DNA of 55,972 nucleotides, filler included, from Dimargaris cristalligena (Eukaryota): NCBI GenBank assembly GCA_003614675.1. It is 5 parts of 5 records of this genome, joined end to end, with 100 filler letters (N's around TTAATTAATTAA, not from the genome) between each part and the next. Parts side by side here need not be neighbours in the genome. Positions count along the whole stretch, not along the records: positions 44,899 to 55,972 come from ML003129.1; 4 more parts are not named here. One strand, 5' to 3'. Positions 51,224 to 55,972 of the stretch are shown here, in pieces. The translations under genes were made by a program, and so were the position numbers. The notes below the pieces were generated by a model, which was not told where the DNA came from, searched no databases, and saw only the letters and a program-made list of their open reading frames with translations. Within the stretch, counting starts at the first letter, position 1; every line of letters begins with the position of its first letter.

Positions 51224-54200
51224 ATGGACCCTCCCACCCGCCAAGTAGTATCCCGGGCAATTCGCAAATTGGTTACTTCTGGGCAGGACCAGCTTGACGA
51301 AAAGGAAATGAAGGTAAATTGGAGGGCCCCTTTTCTCATAAAAGTACATTTAGGCACTGGAACTGTATTCACGCGAAGACTGCTCCTAAACGCTGAAGTG
51401 CGCCCAAGAATGTACCGACATACCCTTATTTGCTTTTCCATTCCGTCAGTCGAGTCCCCTCCCTCTTTTTGCAAACCAGACCAGGCCCATGAGTATGGCG
51501 TATAAACCCATATAGCTCCACCATAAACGAGGCGACTAATTGTTATACCAACTCATTAAACTCCCTATTCAATACCAAATATAGGCCATCAAAGTCCAAT
51601 GCAAACGGGGTGACGAATTCGTCGATGTGGTCTACACACTTCTAACGGGCCAGCTTAATCGCAAGCATTCCCAAGCCCGCTACGCCTGCGCCCAAATAAT
51701 TATTGAGTTGTTCAACCGCTCGCACCATTTCAGGGACCGCCTCACGCATGACTTCCCCACGTTTCTGAGTCTGACTTTGGGGGTGTACCGGCAGGAACTT
51801 CCCCCGCCCACCAGCTATGCGGGCAAAATGAAAGTCCTGGTGGTTCGGGCACTTCAACTGTGGGTAACGAAATACGGATCCCATTACCGTGCCATCCCCC
51901 TTGGACTCGATTACGTTAAACAGAAACTTCACGTCCGCGCCCAATTCGAAGCAACTGCCGAAAACGTCGTCACCCACGCTGAAGAACAGCAACGTCAAGC
52001 CGCATTGGCCAAACGCCGGGAACACGATCTACAGTGCTTTATTCGGTTACGTAACACAGTGGAGCCGTTGTTAGTCGACTGTGAACAAACGGCTCAGGAA
52101 ATGAACTCGGGGCTAGAACTTCTTGTACCCGATGTAACGGGCCCTGCGCCCATCCGAAGGTCAACTGGAAGTGGAAGAAGGGATCAGGCCTCCTCTTCCT
52201 CATCATCACCACTGGCCCCATCTCTCTCGTATAAAGATACCATGGCCTATCTCGGCATGGGCTCTAGCAACTATCAGCTTACCCTAACCTTCAACCCAAA
52301 CAACCCCCTTAACGTGACCGAGTCGGCCGAGAACACCGTTATTTTCGACACCCTGCGGGAAGGCCTTAAGGTAATCGACGAGAAATACTGGTCAACCCTC
52401 ACGGCGTCGATCGTTGAACTGTCAAAACTGCAAGTAGAGTCGGAAAAAGAGGCACTGGATCAACTGATCAAGCGCATGATTAACGAGAAAAGTCGACTGC
52501 GGGTGTTGCGCCAGAAATGCGCAGAGCTCAATGTGACCGTCCCCTCGAATGAAGGTGAGCAGTGGTCTATTTTATACATCTACAGTCTTATTTTGAATAG
52601 GTTACCAATACGTACTATAGGCTAGACTACCAGTTAATCCGAACTCGCTCTTTTCTCACTAATTATTTTTTTAGAATCCTATTATCCTATTATTTATTGT
52701 CACTTGCGGGTTTTTGGAATTAGATCCGGATGATTTTGAGGATGTACTCATAGGTGACGAGCCAGAACCATTGGCGGCCGTTCCGTCGGTTACTCCTATG
52801 TCACCTCAACCGGAATCTCCAGGCCAGTCTGATGCACCATCAACTGTGGCCAATAAAGCCGGGCCCGATAGCAATGCTGATACCACATTCTCACCCAAAA
52901 GTTACAGGCACACTCCATCACCGGCTCGAGTAAAGCCGAAGCCCACTACCGATAAAGTGAACCATGACCCACAGTCCACTGGCAGCCATCTCAGTGAAGT
53001 AGAGAAAGGTAAATTTCTTTACTTTAAATTAATTGTCCCACAACCCCCTTTGCCAAATCATTTTAACTTGAGCTATAATGGATTTGTTCCATGCGACTAG
53101 GCTACTACACCATTGATGTAAACTGAGCTGGCTTACTATCTACCCCTCCCTATAACACAACATTATATATATGTTACCATGTAATAACTGCATCCGCTGC
53201 TCAAACAAATCGCAACTGCCAGAATTACTCAAGATCGCCCCTGTAGTTGAGTACGGGACAGATCTCTATTATTGGGACAAGGACGAAGTGGCATTTAATC
53301 AAGGTGGAATCGGTAAGAATGAGTGGAGGTCGCTATATATTACTCCATGCATTATCCCTAAACATCCTGCAACTGGCTATGCTTGACGATCACTGAATCG
53401 ATAAACAACATTATCTCTAATAGCCGGATAATTATAATCCCCTCAACCTGTTCGTTCCCTTTGGCCTGGCTACTTTCCCCATTACACCCTACAGAATACA
53501 ATCATCGGTTTTACGGCGAAGGGGGAGGGGAAAAATTCCTGTCGCGTGAGACACTGGACCAACTTCGCAAGCGGGCCGTATACCTGACCCCCAAGCGGCC
53601 TACCGCAATCAAGGCCTGTCGGGCACCCCTTAAAACCGGAGGACTCTGTCCCCGACGCGATCTAGTTAGGTGCCCTTACCATGGCCCAATCGTGCCCCGG
53701 GACGAAACGACCGGTCACATCGTTGACCCCCATGTTCCGGGTGATCAGAAAGGCAAGAAGCCGGCGGTGCCCGACGGGGGTGATGGGTCGGCTGAGTCGG
53801 GTGAGCAGCAGCCGGATACGTTCGAAGAACTCTTAACAGGCCCTCCTCCCGCCTTGCATCCCGTGGACCCTTCCTCCCATTCCTTTCCGCCGGCATCTAA
53901 TTACTCGAGCCTGGCGCATTCGGAAACAAGGCCTTTAGAAATAGAGACCAGTCGATATGCGTGGGAGGAGATTGAGGATGAAGTCAATGCCGCATTGGGA
54001 CTAGATAGAGGGCAGTTTCCGACGGGGTCGAAGCGGAAGGGCCGTAAGCGGGGTTCTAATCTCATTGATATCAGTGAAACACAAAATACGGCCCGGCACC
54101 GACTTCAGAGGCGGTTAGATGACCGCCGGGTTCAGAAACTCATGACTGAGGTAGGTCATTTTTTGCGAGTCATGATTAGATATAGTCACTTCTACTTTCA

Positions 54201-54389
54201 ATGTGTAATGTATATTGGTCATTCGCAGCAATGAAATAGAAATGTAGTAATTTACATAATAATGGTAATGATAATTAATGCCGATATTTGAAAATTCATA
54301 TAATTACTGTTGGTTATTATGAATAGGACGCTCAGTACCAATTAGCTGTTCGGCAGAGAGAGAAAAACGCGGGAAACTGGAACTCTTAA
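51224..54389 (+). CDS. UVSSA: UV-stimulated scaffold protein A (UVSSA) homologue, 6 exons
   Basis: Exons 51224-51313, 51585-52554, 52724-53008, 53223-53312, 53495-54150 and 54327-54389 join in frame. VHS domain: KLVTSGQDQLDEKEMKAIKVQCK..HSQARY..ELFNRSHHFR..LGV..LPPP. DUF2043/Zn finger: APVVEYGTDLYYW, HRFY, CRAPLKTGGLCPRRDLVRCPYHGPIVPRD. Confidence 0.88.
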
Positions 54390-54584
54390 AATAGACCCAG
54401 CTATTTGTGTTTATAATTTTATAACATTTTTTGTATATAGACCACCAGGCTTAAATCCCTATAGCACTGATTTATATATACTGCTAACATGGCTCTATAT
54501 GTCTATTGATTGTTGGACTGTAATAATATTAAGTGCCATGGGTAAAAATGAGAGAATTCTAAGACAGTGTGGGCTTTTATTGGG

Positions 54585-54850
54585 AAATAAAGTGGTGGCT
54601 TGATAGCATGCTGGATGCAACAACCCATACATGAAAACCGAAAGCTACAAATATTAAAGAAGCACAGTATGGGGAAACTGAAGTAATAGGTAATCACATA
54701 TAACTTATGCTGGGATAAAGGTATATACAGGGAGAGAGACAGTAGCCATCATAAACCTCTAAAAGTTGCACTAAAATAACAGTAGTAGGGAAGATAAAAC
54801 AGTCACTGATTCAGAGGAGGTATTCTAAGTGCTGGGGGGGTTGTTAGATG
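54585..54850 (-). repeat. Dispersed repeat copy B, inverted and transition-mutated relative to 45430-45715
   Basis: The reverse complement aligns to copy A over about 270 bp. Differences in the well-aligned blocks are mostly C->T and G->A. Confidence 0.85.
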
Positions 54851-55330
54851 TTGCCTGGGTTAACCACTCTTAGTCCATCAAGAGTCTTGGGGATAGGCTT
54901 CTAATGGTAGGCGGGGTGTTGGGCACAGCTAAGTAGGCTGCTAGCATTAGGTGGGGGCTGTACTAACTAAATAAAGCAAGTGTAGGTTACATATGTAGGG
55001 GGTGGGCACTGATGCACACTTACTAATCAGTATGAGGGGGTGAGTGTATATAGGAGTTTATTTGGGGTAAACTAGGGGGGTAAGAATAAGCTAAGAAATC
55101 TAACCAGTCCCAATGGGGCCCAGTTATATATATACAGGAGACTACTCCAAAGGGAGGTCCCAAGGGGAAACTACATAACTAAGTTATCAATAAGAAAGGT
55201 CAGGTAATCCTTGTATAAGAGAAGGATTCCATAGGGACTGGAAGATACTAGGATCATTAGGGAGTAAGTAGTATAAACCCCAGGGGGTCTGGCCGGCAAG
55301 GTAATACATAATGTTTGGTGCCCAGGTAGG

Positions 55331-55746
55331 ACTGGGGTGTCCAATATGGTGCTATAAGGCCTGATATGGCAGTGATCATTAGAATGGATTAGGCTAAATT
55401 AGAAGGGGCAACATTTTCCATATTAATTTTATTAGTTACTTAAGTATTACTTCCTGTAAAGAACTGAAATCAAATCCTCAAAAACTGAACTTAATTTGAA
55501 AACTTAAAGAAGAAAAGGTAAAGATGATAATAGGCTTACTATTCTAAGAGGTAATAGTAAGGGGGAGTATTTATACTCAAGAAAGGAAGCTTAAATAAGA
55601 AGATAAAGGAATAATGGAGAAAGAGATAGAAGGTCTCAGAATATTGGATGACTAAGCAAAGGTGTCACCTCTCCTAATTTAACCTAATCTGTCCCAAATG
55701 ATTACCATCATAGCAGGCCTTATAGTGCCATATTGGACACCCCAGT
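55331..55746. mobile_element. Degenerate MITE (non-autonomous DNA transposon), 416 bp, with terminal inverted repeats of about 83 bp
   Basis: 55331-55413 versus the reverse complement of 55663-55746: the first 19 nt are identical (ACTGGGGTGTCCAATATGG), with 16 mismatches and 1 indel overall. AT-rich non-coding interior. The right end CCCCAG|TA fits a Tc1/mariner-type TA target site, but the left side reads GA. Confidence 0.82.
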
Positions 55747-55972
55747 ATCACAGTGCGGTGGTGTCAAGCCACTAAAATGAACAACAAAATATATCAAAAA
55801 GGGCAGGGTGGCTTCTCCAGGTGAACTGGTTAGTCACTCTATAAAATTCTTTAAAAATATAATACTTTTTATAATAAAATAAAACCAGTTTAAACCAAAG
55901 TAATAGAAATACCTGTTTGGAAGCTCAAAAGGACCATTTCCTTGGCAACCACAACTTCAGAGGCATAAAGAA

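Noticed and set aside
54851-55330. Reverse-transcriptase remnant in the CpG-depleted block
   Set aside because: Translations are stop-riddled and no catalytic motif could be identified with confidence.
1-55972. CRISPR array, rRNA, prokaryotic operon or defence system
   Set aside because: No regularly spaced direct repeats or rRNA signatures; the genes are eukaryotic with spliceosomal introns.

Overview
This is eukaryotic, intron-containing fungal DNA. The gene content (UVSSA, Mn-type CDF, a secreted F-box protein) suggests an early-diverging lineage such as Zoopagomycota, but that is inference only. The window is not one locus: it is five unrelated contigs (11135, 11133, 11126, 11104 and 11074 bp, in decreasing size) joined by an artificial N44-TTAATTAATTAA-N44 linker. 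Contig 1: 5' end of RPS13, a DMT/SLC35F-type transporter, a signal-peptide + F-box protein, centractin ARP1 and tRNA-Lys(UUU). Contig 2: RPAP1/Rba50, a 1512-aa Uds1 coiled-coil protein and a ZZ/EF-hand protein. Contig 3: a LEA-like protein, a secreted Cu-only SOD, isovaleryl-CoA dehydrogenase, and a spliced DUF5572/PEX39-like gene that the ORF track misses. Contig 4: dicarboxylate carrier, RPS8 and an AT-hook/WD40 TFIIIC subunit. Contig 5: Mn-CDF transporter, a DUF2470 membrane protein, UVSSA and decayed repeats including a MITE. The most interesting signals are (1) a candidate secreted F-box effector, (2) repeat copies showing CpG loss plus CpA->TpA (RIP-like) transition bias, (3) a Cu-only SOD lacking the catalytic Arg, (4) a fungal UVSSA and (5) the hidden PEX39-like gene. 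All family assignments come from motif recognition by eye; no database searches were run.
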